Assembly (NCBI RefSeq): GCF_001194135.2
Contig: NC_068981.1
Coordinates: 199,373,774 to 199,437,773, forward strand
Reading direction: 5' to 3'
Length of the DNA: 64,000 nt
From: Octopus bimaculoides
Taxonomy: Eukaryota
The position numbers and the translations under genes were made by a program. Within the stretch, counting starts at the first letter, position 1. Each line of letters opens with the position of its first letter. Of this stretch, positions 51,566 to 63,555 are shown piece by piece. The notes under the pieces are model-generated. The model saw only the letters and a list, made by a program, of their open reading frames with translations, was not told the origin of the DNA and did not search any database.

Positions 51566-52190
51566 CATCATCATCATCATGATTATCATCGTCATCATTT
51601 AACATCCGTGATCCATGCTAGCATGGGTAGGATTAGGGTGAAGTCTGCACCAGACTTCTGTGACTGTTTTGGCAGGTTTTTTACAGCTGGATGCCCTTCC
51701 TAACACCAACCACTTTACAGTGTGAACTGGATGCTTTTAAGTGGCACCTGCACTGACAGGGTCACCAAGTACATGCAAGACAAAAACTTTTAAGCGGGGA
51801 GGAGGCATTGGAGGAGGTGATGATGAAAAGGTTGTAGTGAGACAGATATAGGTGTCTTGCTGAAGAGGAAGTACAAGGTTACCTGGCCAGAGAGAGAAAG
51901 ATCAGGAATGAAGAGGGAAGTGAAAGAAAGAGAGAGAGAGAGTGGGAGACCGCAGGATGAAGAGGGTGGCAAAATGCTGGGTATACTCATAAGGAATGGG
52001 GATCAGAGTATAAATGGGATGGTTGAGTAAAGGAAGAAAGAGATATGGATGGTGGCATACCCTTGAGGTTCAAATGCCATAATATAAGTGACAGGATATT
52101 GTGAAGGGAGGGCGATTAAAGAGTGCAAGTAAGTGGTGAAAGACCTGGGTATATATAGAGTTGGTGGGGGGCTACATACATATATATACA
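51566..52190 (-). mobile_element. RTE-like UTR copy with purine-rich extension (similar to 42990-43300)
   Basis: catttaacatccg...acagctggatgcccttcctaacaccaaccac...gggtcaccaag..gcaagacaaaaac. Confidence 0.65.
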
Positions 52191-52635
52191 NNNNNNNNNN
52201 NNNNNNNNNNNNNNNNNNNNNNNNNNNNNNNNNNNNNNNNNNNNNNNNNNNNNNNNNNNNNNNNNNNNNNNNNNNNNNNNNNNNNNNNNNNNNNNNNNNN
52301 NNNNNNNNNNNNNNNNNNNNNNNNNNNNNNNNNNNNNNNNNNNNNNNNNNNNNNNNNNNNNNNNNNNNNNNNNNNNNNNNNNNNNNNNNNNNNNNNNNNN
52401 NNNNNNNNNNNNNNNNNNNNNNNNNNNNNNNNNNNNNNNNNNNNNNNNNNNNNNNNNNNNNNNNNNNNNNNNNNNNNNNNNNNNNNNNNNNNNNNNNNNN
52501 NNNNNNNNNNNNNNNNNNNNNNNNNNNNNNNNNNNNNNNNNNNNNNNNNNNNNNNNNNNNNNNNNNNNNNNNNNNNNNNNNNNNNNNNNNNNNNNNNNNN
52601 NNNNNNNNNNNNNNNNNNNNNNNNNNNNNNNNNNN

Positions 52636-52835
52636 GTTTTCGTGCGGGTGACACGTAAAAGCACCCACTACACTCTCTGAGTGGTTGGCGTTAGGAAGGG
52701 CATCCAGCTGTAGAAACTCTGCCAAATTAGACTGGAGCCTGGTGTTGCCATCCGGTTTCACCAGTCCTCAGTCAAATCGTCCAACCCATGCTAGCATGGA
52801 AAGCGGACGTTAAACGATGATGATGATGATGATGA
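52636..52835 (+). mobile_element. Young RTE-like 3' UTR copy
   Basis: Nearly identical to 6255-6450. Confidence 0.9.
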
Positions 52836-52942
52836 TATATATATGTATATTTCATGTTATGGGTGGATGGAGCACCAGACAGACAGACGGATGGATGGAT
52901 GGATGGATGGATGGATAAACAGATAGAAAGACAGTCAGAGAA

Positions 52943-52979
<37 letters not shown>

Positions 52980-53889
52980 TAGATGGATTGATAGATAGAG
53001 ATGTATGTCTCGGCAGGTGGATAGGTAAATAGATTGAGAGACAAACTGACATACAGACAAACTGATAGAATGTATCGATTATGTTTGAGATCTTTGCAAG
53101 TAACTGCAAGAAACTATTGTTCGGCGAATGCTTTTGCTGCAATATTACCAGAGATATGTTAATAAAAGACTAGAAAATAGTTGTGCCATCATTGCACAGT
53201 GGTTCCCTCTGGTGATATAATCCAAAGTGACATTTCCAGGTTTTCACCATTCATATTCAAAGTACAAAAAAACAAAACACAAAAAGGAGAATCTCAGCAC
53301 TTATATGTATGTGTGTATATGTGTGTGTGTATATGTATGTGTGTATATGTGTGTGTGTATATGTATGTGTGTATATGTGTGTGTGTATATGTATGTGTGT
53401 ATATGTGTGTGTGTATATGTGTGTGTGTGTATATGTGTGTAAATGTGTACATGCACAGGTCTTCCTTTTTCTCTCTTCATATGTGTGTGTGTGTGTTTGT
53501 GTGTGAAATGCTCCTTTCTAAAATAAAGCTATAGAATGGAGACAAAAGGTTTGCTAATGCGATATTATTTTCTTTTTCTGACCCCATTTGTTAAAGCTTT
53601 TTATGGAAGAAGAAGAAGAAGAAGAAGAAGAAGAAGAAGAAGAAGAAGAAGAGAGGAGGAGGAGGAGGAGGAGGAGGAGATTCATATGTATATAGACATA
53701 GATAAATCACATATCTGTTACATATAAACTTACACATACAGAAACACATTCATAGAGATAAAAACAGTGAAACATACACACACACACACACACACGCATA
53801 CATACATGTGTACAGGTCGCACACACTCACTCACACACATACACATACACACACTCACACACTGTCATATACATACAGGTATCTTACAT

Positions 53890-54945
53890 ACACCAGGTCG
53901 AGTCAATTTCAAGCTTTAATTAATAGTTTAAAAAATTACATACAAAAGCATTTATTTATCAAATGAAATCCCATCCTATTCTATTGTCTGTCGCTACAGT
54001 TCTGCCAGAATCTCAGTTTCATGCTTATAACATTTGCCTGGTTTAGAGGCAAAACATTCCCTGCACCCATTTTCAACCTCATCCACATTGTCGAACCTCC
54101 GTCTGTGCAGAAAATGTGTCATGGCTTGGGAAAGGTGGCAGTCTGATGATGCAAGGTCTGGATTGTACGCAGGGGCTGAGATAGCACTTCCAGCCCCTAA
54201 AGTTCCTCAGATTTGCTCTTGGCTACACTAGCATCATCTTTCTGTTGGAGTACACGTCTTTGATTGATCAATGGCCAAGTAACTGGCTTTCAAAGCATCA
54301 TATACTCAGTGCAGTTGTTGAGAAGAAGTGTCAGTGTCTGCAGCATGTCTATCCAGGAGAAGCTCAAAGTACAACACTCCATCGAAGTTCCACCAAATAC
54401 ACAACATTCGTTGAAACCGCTCTTGTTTGACAAATTCTAAAGCCTATCCAGAATGGAGCCACTGATTCCTCTTCTTAGGATTATGAAAATAGATCCATTT
54501 TATAACTCGATGCCAAAAATAGGCCTTTCAAAGATTTGCTACAAGACCAAGCTTATTGGAGGTGTCGATTGATGACACCTTGTGAAGAACAAAGGTTCTG
54601 CTGACAATGTACAAGTGCTTGTGCCTTGCTGTTTTTGAACCATTTCAAGCAATACTTAATCTTCCACAATAGACGGTCTCTCTGACCTTTGTCTTTGAGG
54701 CTGGTGTCATCTTCCTTGAAACATCTGAACCAGTTTTGCATCAAACATTCGTTGGCCGTTGCTGAGCTTTCCACCTTAATTTCTTTTGCTGCTGCTGCCT
54801 TTGCACTCAGTTCATTTTCCCACTGGCAGCATGAAAGGGTTCTAATTGCCATTTGTTCACCACTCATTATCAAGACAGTAGAATAAAGAATAAACAATTA
54901 AGACTGTAGAATAAAGAATAAACAATTAAGCCAATAATTCGACAA
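53890..54945 (-). mobile_element. Mariner relic
   Basis: N-terminal MQNWFRCFKEDDTSLKDK; C-terminal PAYNPDLASSDCHLSQAMTHFLHRRRFDNVDEVENGCRECFASKP (54040-54175). Confidence 0.75.
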
Positions 54946-55394
54946 CATGGAGATACAAGTTGTTAGAAATCACCAGTGGGAATCTGAAAAGCTTTTGCTT
55001 CAACTTGGTCCACACTCACACAGACCAATAAACACATCTTTCACATGTACACACACACACACATACATAGTCTCATTTATACACATAAGCTCACATATAT
55101 ACACAGATGCATACACATATCGTCACACACACATTCACAGGCACACACTCACACACACATTCACAGGCACACACTCACACACACATCTATGTACACACAT
55201 ACAGACCTCTACGTGCACACATACTCACGCATTCTCATTCATACATTCACGTGTACATACTCACACACACATATCTGCACATACATACATACATACACTG
55301 CCATGCATATAAGTATTCACACACAAAAAGATTATCACCATTTGCCTCTCAGAAGAAATTCTTCTCGTATCCCTTGGCTATGACGATGATGATG

Positions 55395-55535
55395 ATGATG
55401 CCAGGCTGAGTATCCCTTCTTATCACGTTCTGCACAACACGCGTCCACTCACCTCTGCTCTCGCATTTCTACAATTTCTCCAGCTCTGCAGCTCCCTTGT
55501 GCTGACATTGATGGTAACAATCCCAACGTTTAGAA
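55395..55535 (-). pseudogene. RTE APE-endonuclease N-terminal fragment
   Basis: TINVST...AGEIVEMREQR*VDACC resembles T-NV-TLKGR-GEIVEML-RR-VD-CC. Confidence 0.55.
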
Positions 55536-56519
55536 CTTAACAGAAAGAATGGAGTTATTAATGAGTGGGTTACAGTCTAATGTTTCTTTTCTTGTGCTGT
55601 TGTGGTAGTGACTAACATTGACTTTTTGCCGCTGAAAGTAAGTGGAATGCTTCAGACATGTCTACACATTGGTAAAAATAAACAAATACGACAAAGACAA
55701 TGTGAGGTAAAATAGTTTTTCCTTCATATGTATAGCAAATAAATATTTGTACAGTTGTGAATAGAGTATCATAGAGTACCATGTTGTACCATAGAGTACC
55801 ACGTTGCACCATATCACTCTTTATCATGTCAATGGGGAATAGGATGGATCTTGCACATTTAGAAGATCAGCAGCCATTTTAAATGTAGAGAGACAAGATG
55901 TAGGCTGTCACTATTGTTTGTAGGCTACAAGTATGGGAAGCCAGATGTATGAACCATTGCAGTTTCTACACTACAAGTATGGAAAGCCAAACAAAGTGTC
56001 CCAACATGGCTTAAGCCTTTTATTGCCATATTTAGTTCAATTAATTTCGAAAATAATAAAGAATTATGTGAAATAACTGTAACAATTAAGCTATTGTTTA
56101 GAACATAAATTGATATGAAATTTTAAGGAATGGTTTTAATTTAAATAATTTTAAACAGAAAAATGTGTCCCGTAAGAGCAAGAGAAGTCTGAATTTGATT
56201 AGCATCAAGAGTTTGAAAGAATGACATTTTGGTATAATTTAGAGATTCAAAAATAATTGAGAGATGGTCATAACTTTGATTACACTGGCCAACAAATTCT
56301 AACCTATTTTCTGCTGATCTAAGTTTGGGACCTGTTTTGGGGTAACTTGTTGGGAGGGGGGGGGGCACTGAGTTTAAAAAGGGCAATAGTTTTTTTTCCA
56401 CCATGTTGAGTTTTTTTCTATGGACTGACCTATATTGGCCCAGCCATAGCTCTATGCTTCAGAAATTTCTCAATGTGTTTTTGGTAGGGTAGGTTAGCAG
56501 TAAGAATCTCGGGAAAAGA

Positions 56520-57700
56520 TTTTGTTTACTGTCGTGATGTGGTGGGACTGTTCAACACAAAGTGTGTTGAACAGTTTGATCCTAGTGAATGGAGACGCTT
56601 TATAGAGAGTTCAAAGAAGAGTCTAAAATGTGTATTACTCCAGGATGGAAACTTGTTTGGTGCACTTCTTATTGGTCACTTTGTATACTTACAAGAGAAT
56701 TAGGGTTACATGAAAGTTGTATGAGATTCACTTAAGTATGGTGAACACAAATGGGACACATGCGTGGATCTAAAAATGGTCAACTTTTTTACTTGGTCAA
56801 CAAGGAGGGTATCCAAAATATCCATGTTTCCTGTGTTTATGGAAAGCCAAGCAAGAGACAAACATTGGGAACAGAAACTCTGGCCAGTTAGGGAATGTTT
56901 GACTGTTGGGGAGAAGAATATCCTACACCAACCACTTGTTGAGAGAGAGAGAAAAATCCTCTTCTCACCCCTTCATATTAAACTAGGACTAATGAAGCAA
57001 TTTGTCAAGGCTCTTAATGTGGAGGGTAATTGTTTCAAATTCATGTGTACAACATTTCCTGGCCTAAGTTATGGTAAAATAACGGCTGATGTTTTTGATG
57101 GGCCACAAATCAGAAAGTTAATGAAATGCCAAAATTGTTCAAGCTCGATGGCTGACAAAGATTTGGAGACATTACTTGATGGCTTTCATCTTTTAGGCTG
57201 CAGCATGAGCGCAAAGTTTCATTTCCTCAATAGCCATCTCAATGCATATCCATGAGTGATGAGTGTGGTGAGCGTCTTCGTCCTGCAGTCAAGATGGAGG
57301 GGAGATATCAAGGCTGATGGAACACACACTTAAAGGCAGACTACTGTTGGAATATTATTCAAAGAGACTGTGTAGACATGAAACACTCCAGACACTCTTA
57401 CAAGCGGAAATTTGTTTGGTGAATATGAAGCTATGTGTATGATGGTTTGTGTTTCATCCATCATATTAGAGAATCCCCAATAAAAGGTGATGCTGTTTTA
57501 CATCTCATTTCTCATTTCTTATTCTATTGATATTATAAGTTATGGTTTGAAGCTATAAGACTTAGGAAACTATCCTGACCAAGTAAATTATTTATGTGCT
57601 ACATCATAAAATAGGGATATTTTATAAAATAAAAACCTGATGTGTTAGAAAGATATGGATGCTATATTCTGAAATCAGCATCTCAGAATTAACTAAACCG
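56520..57700 (+). mobile_element. Chapaev3-like (CMC superfamily) DNA transposase relic
   Basis: DLKMVNF...WPVRECLTVGEKNILHQPLVE...PLHIKLGLMKQFVKAL...FPGLS...FDGPQIRKLMK...MSAKFHFLNSHL. Family assignment is from recalled motif similarity. Confidence 0.65.
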
Positions 57701-57976
57701 AAATCAGTAAAAAGTGTGTCGACCAGTGTTAAAGATGAGCTCGTTTAGAGGTGAACAGGGACAAAGCAACAACAACAACAGTAACAGAAATATATTCCCT
57801 TTAGTTATTACATTAGCTGATAGCTTGTGTTCAGAGATAACAATACGTTTGGGGATATGCCAAATATTGCATAGAATCAGAGGGATAAATAAAACGCTAA
57901 ATAGTTATTGGGTTTTTTTCCTGAATCTTAGATTGTTTATGAGAGAGAAAATATGAGAGGATAATAAAAGAGAAAA

Positions 57977-58197
57977 TGTCACCACCACCACCACCACCAC
58001 CATCACAACCACTACTACCATCACCACCACCATCACTGTCACCACCACTACCACCACCACTACCACCACCACTACCACCACCACCATCACAACCACTACT
58101 ACCATCACCACCACCATCACTATCACCACCACTACCACCACCACTACCACCACCACTACCACCACCACTACCACCACCACTACCACCACCATCACAG
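57977..58197. repeat. (CCA/CTA)n compound repeat with a ~69-bp higher-order duplication
   Basis: ccatcacaaccactactaccatcaccaccaccatcact occurs at about 58000 and 58083. Confidence 0.85.
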
Positions 58198-59233
58198 TTA
58201 CTGCAAGAATGATGATCACTTTTATAACATTCAGTGTTCTTTTCTCTGCAATTTACCTGATACAATAATGTATTCCATCCTTGCCAAACCAACTTTAACC
58301 CCATTATTCACTCAGATTTTCCTGCACTTACTGTGTTGTCAGTGTTTAGTTAAGCAGCAACGAAGTGGAGTGAAGTGGTGGTGGTGGGGGGGGGGGGGTT
58401 AATATTTCTTTAAAAACAAAACCATATCAGTCCTGATTGTTTGGAGTTTCAGAGATATATCTCCATCAAAATATGAATTGAACTTTTCATGAATATATTC
58501 CAGGCTTCAGAAGATTCCAGAACCAGAACTTATAAATCTTTTCACTGCATAGAGCTTCAGCATTCAGATTGTTTGTGATGTAGAAATATTATAGCCAGAC
58601 CGACAATTATTGAACAATTTTCAAGTTAACATGAAATCAAAGACATAATTTCCACTCTGTGTGAGAAATCTTAGTTCCAAAGCCTTTGATAGGAACTGGT
58701 TTTCTGATAACACAAAACACTGACGGTTTGCAAATGGTTAAAATACTTGAATGCAATAATTGTATTACATTGGCCTCTTGTTGTTCTCCATCTGACAAGC
58801 TGGAAATGTAAAGCACTTCCTTCTGTTTACGCTCCACTGATTATTATTGTTAGCTATAAAAACATTTGTCTCTAACAATTCATGCAAATGCTTGAAATGA
58901 CAAATTCTGCCGATTTGTGTCAGCAAAGGAAACCAAGTTTACAACCAATTAAAATGATTTAAAAGAAGAAAATCTATTGGTGGAACCATTACCATGTGAT
59001 CTGGCAGCTGTTAAACATTTACAGTTGATCAAGAAATTCTTTTTAGTTATTCTAAAAGAGAAAAACAGACCTTTAATGCAGGAACTTCTTTATAGTTGCT
59101 AGATCTGCTAGAAATATCAGTCAAGTCTTCCTCAAATCAAACCTTGTCATCTAGAAATAGCAACTAAATTTCCATCAAATCACAACCTATCATAGAGAAA
59201 TGTTAATGAAAATGATGATGATGATGATGACAT

Positions 59234-59278
<45 letters not shown>

Positions 59279-59322
59279 GATTTGGTTTGCAAGATTCTTT
59301 CTGTGATTTCTTGTGTTGAAAC

Positions 59323-59438
59323 ATATTCTGTTGTGTCTGGAGAGAGCCATTTTCTTTTTGTGCCTTATAATCTAACACAAGTGTGTTAAATTATAAGGCA
59401 CAAAAAGAAAATGACTCTCCCCAGACACAATAGAATAT
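59323..59438. repeat. 56-bp inverted repeat with 4-nt loop in otherwise unique sequence
   Basis: Arms 59323-59378 and 59383-59438; 4 mismatches, all transitions. Confidence 0.9.
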
Positions 59439-59965
59439 ATATATATATATGTTTTCTTTGTTTAGAATCCAACCAGGAATGTATTTCACACCTTGATATC
59501 TTATAATCTCTGTTGTGATATCAAAGGTCTGTGTTTGCAGTTGTCTACAGATAAATGTTTCCTCAGTCCTTGAATGCTTTAAACATAACAAAAAACTCAC
59601 AGAAATTCAAGTTTTTTCAAGTAATCCACAGCTGTGAAGGATTTAGGATGTCCTCAGCTGGATTAAGTTATATATTATATATTATATATTATATATTACA
59701 TGTTATATATTATATATTATATATTATATATTATAGGTCACTTGATAATCAAGACATATTTCTTTCTGATATCTAGCATTAATTGGTGTCAAATAAGTCA
59801 TCAAATTAGACAACTAACAATTATTGATTGAGAAATTTTGAAAATTAGAAACATTTCAAATGTGGGTGTGAGTCAGCAGGTGAGAGAATGAGACAGAAAA
59901 TGAGGCCACGAAAGGTGGAATATGACAATGAAATATTATAAATAGGAGAGAAATATCAACCACTA

Positions 59966-60152
59966 CTGATTTGGCAGAGTTTCTACAGCTGGATGCCCTT
60001 CCTCAGAGTGGTTGGCGTTAGGAAGGGCATCCAGCTGTAGAAACTCTACCAAATCAGATTGGAGCCTGATGTAGCCATCTGGTTTCACCAGTCCTCAGTC
60101 AAATCGTCCAACCCATGCTAGCATGGAAAGCGGACGTTAAACGATGATGATG
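59966..60152 (+). mobile_element. Short RTE-like 3' UTR insertion with a 5' fold-back (38-bp arms)
   Basis: Arms 59966-60003 and 60020-60057, 1 mismatch; normal tail to acgatgatga. Confidence 0.9.
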
Positions 60153-60465
60153 AATGAAATATAAAATATCAGTGAGATATTAAATGTGACAAAAAAATAA
60201 AAAGTATGAGAGTGAAATATCAAATGTGATGAAAGAAAGTAACAGCAATTATACATTTGTCCAGTAGTTTATGGCAGTCATCCTCATTATCATTTAATGT
60301 CCAGCTTCCATGCTGGTATGGGTTGGGTTGGCTTGGTGTTGAAATGTCTATATTAGAGGACAGACACTTTGTAAAACTCAATGAAATGACAGAAACAGTA
60401 AAAGAAGATTGAATATGGAGGTATGATAAAAGTTATTTTTGTGATATCCTTAAATTAGGACATAT

Positions 60466-60680
60466 TCCTTTCTGCTCTAGGAACAAGACCCAAAATTTTG
60501 GAGGAGGGGGCCAGTTGATTAGATCGACCCCAGTACACAACTGGTACTTAATTTATCAACCCCAAAAGGATGAAAGGCAAAGTCAACCTCAGCAGAATTT
60601 GAACTCAGAACATAAAGACAGACGAAATACTGCTAAGCATTTTGCCTGGCGTGCTAACGATTCTGCCAGCTCACCACCTT
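60466..60680 (-). mobile_element. Full-length SINE family B
   Basis: Minus: aaggtggtgagctggcagaatcgttagcacgcc...gagttcaaattctgc...ttgcctttcatcc...gataaattaagtaccagttg. Confidence 0.85.
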
Positions 60681-61219
60681 CAATCAGAACATATTGGCCA
60701 AAAATGGACGACAAACTTAACAAATTAACAAAGAGAATCAAGAGTTGATTTTCATGAGTTGACATAAATCTTTCTGATATTTTTATCCCAGCTTATATAT
60801 TTCTAGGAAAATTCTAAACTATTTCAGAAATTAAAATGTTTCAAATGTGAAAACAATTATATTTGTATTTGGCAAAATTAATTTCATAAAGATTAACTCT
60901 GCAATTATAATTTGCTGTTAAATATTTATTCTGATCACACTTTTTCTCTATACTTCTGTTTTATTTCAAACAAGCTTTTCTTATCTATCAAAACAAAATA
61001 TAAAATAAAAAGCAATGTTTTAAAAGTACAGTTCCTCCATTAAACTCTTCTCTCATCCTCGTCTTGCAACAGCTGCTGTCCATAATTGATGATGAGAATC
61101 AGTGGACCAAATATCAAGCATTTGGCTTTATTATTCAGTGAAATTTTTATCTTGGAAGAAGAATCCACATAAACGTACAACAAAAACATTTGTTTTATTT
61201 CAGGTTTAGTCATGTATTC

Positions 61220-61996
61220 ATCATCATCATCATCATCGTTTAACGTCTGCTTTCCATGCTAGCATGGGTTGGACGATTTGACTGAGGACTGGTGAAACCA
61301 GATGGCTACACCAGGCTCCAATCTGATTTGGCAGAGTTTCTACAGCTGGATGCCCTTCCTAACGCCAGCCACTCAGAGAGTGTAGTGGGTGCTTTTACAT
61401 GCCACCGGCACGAAGGCCAGTCAGGCGGTACTGGCAATGGTANNNNNNNNNNNNNNNNNNNNNNNNNNNNNNNNNNNNNNNNNNNNNNNNNNNNNNNNNN
61501 NNNNNNNNNNNNNNNNNNNNNNNNNNNNNNNNNNNNNNNNNNNNNNNNNNNNNNNNNNNNNNNNNNNNNNNNNNNNNNNNNNNNNNNNNNNNNNNNNNNN
61601 NNNNNNNNNNNNNNNNNNNNNNNNNNNNNNNNNNNNNNNNNNNNNNNNNNNNNNNNNNNNNNNNNNNNNNNNNNNNNNNNNNNNNNNNCAACAGGTCTTC
61701 GCAAGTGGAAGTTTAGTGTCCAATTTAACTCAATTTCGATTTCACTTGCCTCAACAGGTCTTCGCAAGTGGAGTTTAGTGTCCAATGAAGGAAGGAAGGT
61801 ACGCATAAGTGGACTGGCTGAGGCCTTAGATTTAGGTCTCACTTGGCTTGCTGGGTCTTCTCACGCACAGCATATTTCCAATTGGCAGAGTTTCTACAGC
61901 TGGATGCCCTTCCTAACGCCAGCCACTCAGAGAGTGTAGTGGGTGCTTTTACATGCCACCGGCACGAAGGCCAGTCAGGCGGTACTGGCAATGGTA
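61220..61996 (-). mobile_element. Rearranged/tandem RTE-like 3' ends spanning a gap
   Basis: Tail at 61220; RT C-terminus end at 61841-61880; 61328-61442 is identical to 61882-61996. Confidence 0.8.
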
Positions 61997-62087
61997 CCTG
62001 AAATATTATATAGTCGTATTTGAAGTATTATATAGATTTTGTCAAAATATTAAATAACCCCCACTGTCAGTATTTATTTGGTGATAT

Positions 62088-63300
62088 TACAGGCTGGACT
62101 GAAAAGTTCATTGGCTGACTATGGAGAAATGAAGCCAGAGCTGTGAAATCTTCAGCTCTTCTTATTAATAACTGCATTGGTTCTTTCCAAATAAATTTAC
62201 TTCTGTCTATCCAAAGAAGATTGCAAAAATAATTAGTAGCAACTTCTCTTGAAAATTAACCAAATTTGGTATCTTGTTGTTATCAAGGACCCGCAGAAAA
62301 AGAGTTTAGTCCCTAAGGACATTCATGCTGACATGGCTGTTACATTAGGGGATGATGATCCAGTGCAAAAGTGGGCAGCTAAATTAAGGAGGGAAAGGGA
62401 GAGTCTTGAAGATTATCCAATGTTTGGACATCTTGTAACTACCCCCACCATCAAGGAAAACATTGATTGCATTCATCTCATGTTATAATGGATGACAAGC
62501 GATCGACTATAAATCAAAGAACCAATGCTATTAGCATATCCCATGAGAGTGCTGAGAATATTCTGCACAATAAACTTGGCATGATGAAGGTGCTTGGCAG
62601 GTGCTACGACTTCTGATCAAAAGTGCACCAGGCTAATCGCATCATGGGAAAATCTGACATAGTTTCACGTAGATTCAGTTGGTTTCCTCAAACATTTCCT
62701 GATTCAGGATGAGTATTGGATTCACCACTTTTAGCCAGAGATAAAAAGATAGTCCATGCAGTGGAAACACCCAGCCTCACCTGCACCAAAGAAAGCCAAG
62801 GTTGCTTCATCTGCAGGGAAAGTGATGACCTCAGTTTTGATGGATGCAAAAGGTATTGTGTTTATTGTCTATCTTCAAAAGGGCCACATCATCAGTGGAG
62901 AATATTATGCCAGGAAAACTGACAAAATGGGTCTTGTTTCATCAGGACAATGTTCCAGCACGGAAGTCTTTGCTTTCAATGGCTACTATGCATGACTGTA
63001 GCGTTGAACTGAGGTTGATCTCTCTCTCTATTCTCCTGATTTGGCCCCATCTAACTATCATTTGTTCCCCAAAATGAGAAACCACTTGACTGGGAACCAG
63101 TGTTACAATGATGATGGCATCATATCTACTGTTGATGGCTTTTTTTGACCAACAGGATGAAAGCTTCCTTACCATTAGCATCCAAGCAGGGAAACCCTAG
63201 TGTCTGGTCTGAAAGGGGGTCAATGTTGAAAGATAAACCACATTTGGTCATATTCCATCAGAGTATCTTGATCTGCCCATGAACTTTTCAGCCAACTGAT
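62088..63300 (+). mobile_element. Near full-length decayed mariner (irritans/Himar1-like)
   Basis: TIRs TAcaggctggactgaaaagttca / tgaacttttcagccaactg; QWKHPASPAPKKAKVASSAGKVMTSVLMDAKGIVFIVYLQKG..GEYYA; LFHQDN; many frameshifts. Confidence 0.85.
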
Positions 63301-63321
63301 TGCATTATTTTCTATAGAAGT

Positions 63322-63555
63322 AATATTGTCTGATGGCATTGTTGTCTGATGGCATTGCTGTCTGATGGTAACATTGTCTGATGGTAGCGTTGTCTGATGG
63401 TTGTGATGTGTGTTGATACTATTATCTGATGGCATTGTGTTATGATAATGTTGTGTAATGGTTATGCTGTTTGATGGTAGTATTGTCTGATGGCAATGTT
63501 GTCTGATGGTAATGTTGTCTGATGGTACTGTCTATGAGGATATTGCTGTCTGATG
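63322..63555. repeat. Minisatellite, ~16-nt unit ATGGCATTGTTGTCTG
   Basis: About 13 degenerate units with recurring gtctgatgg. Confidence 0.85.

Noticed and set aside
55453-55501. Apparent minus-strand exon with a strong GTGAGT donor
   Set aside because: It lies within an RTE endonuclease N-terminal relic.
61328-61996. Identical 115-bp direct repeat (61328-61442 = 61882-61996)
   Set aside because: The first copy ends exactly at the gap edge at the same base as the second, so it is probably a scaffolding overlap.
63322-63555. CRISPR-like array
   Set aside because: Head-to-tail degenerate units without unique spacers; eukaryotic context, no cas genes.
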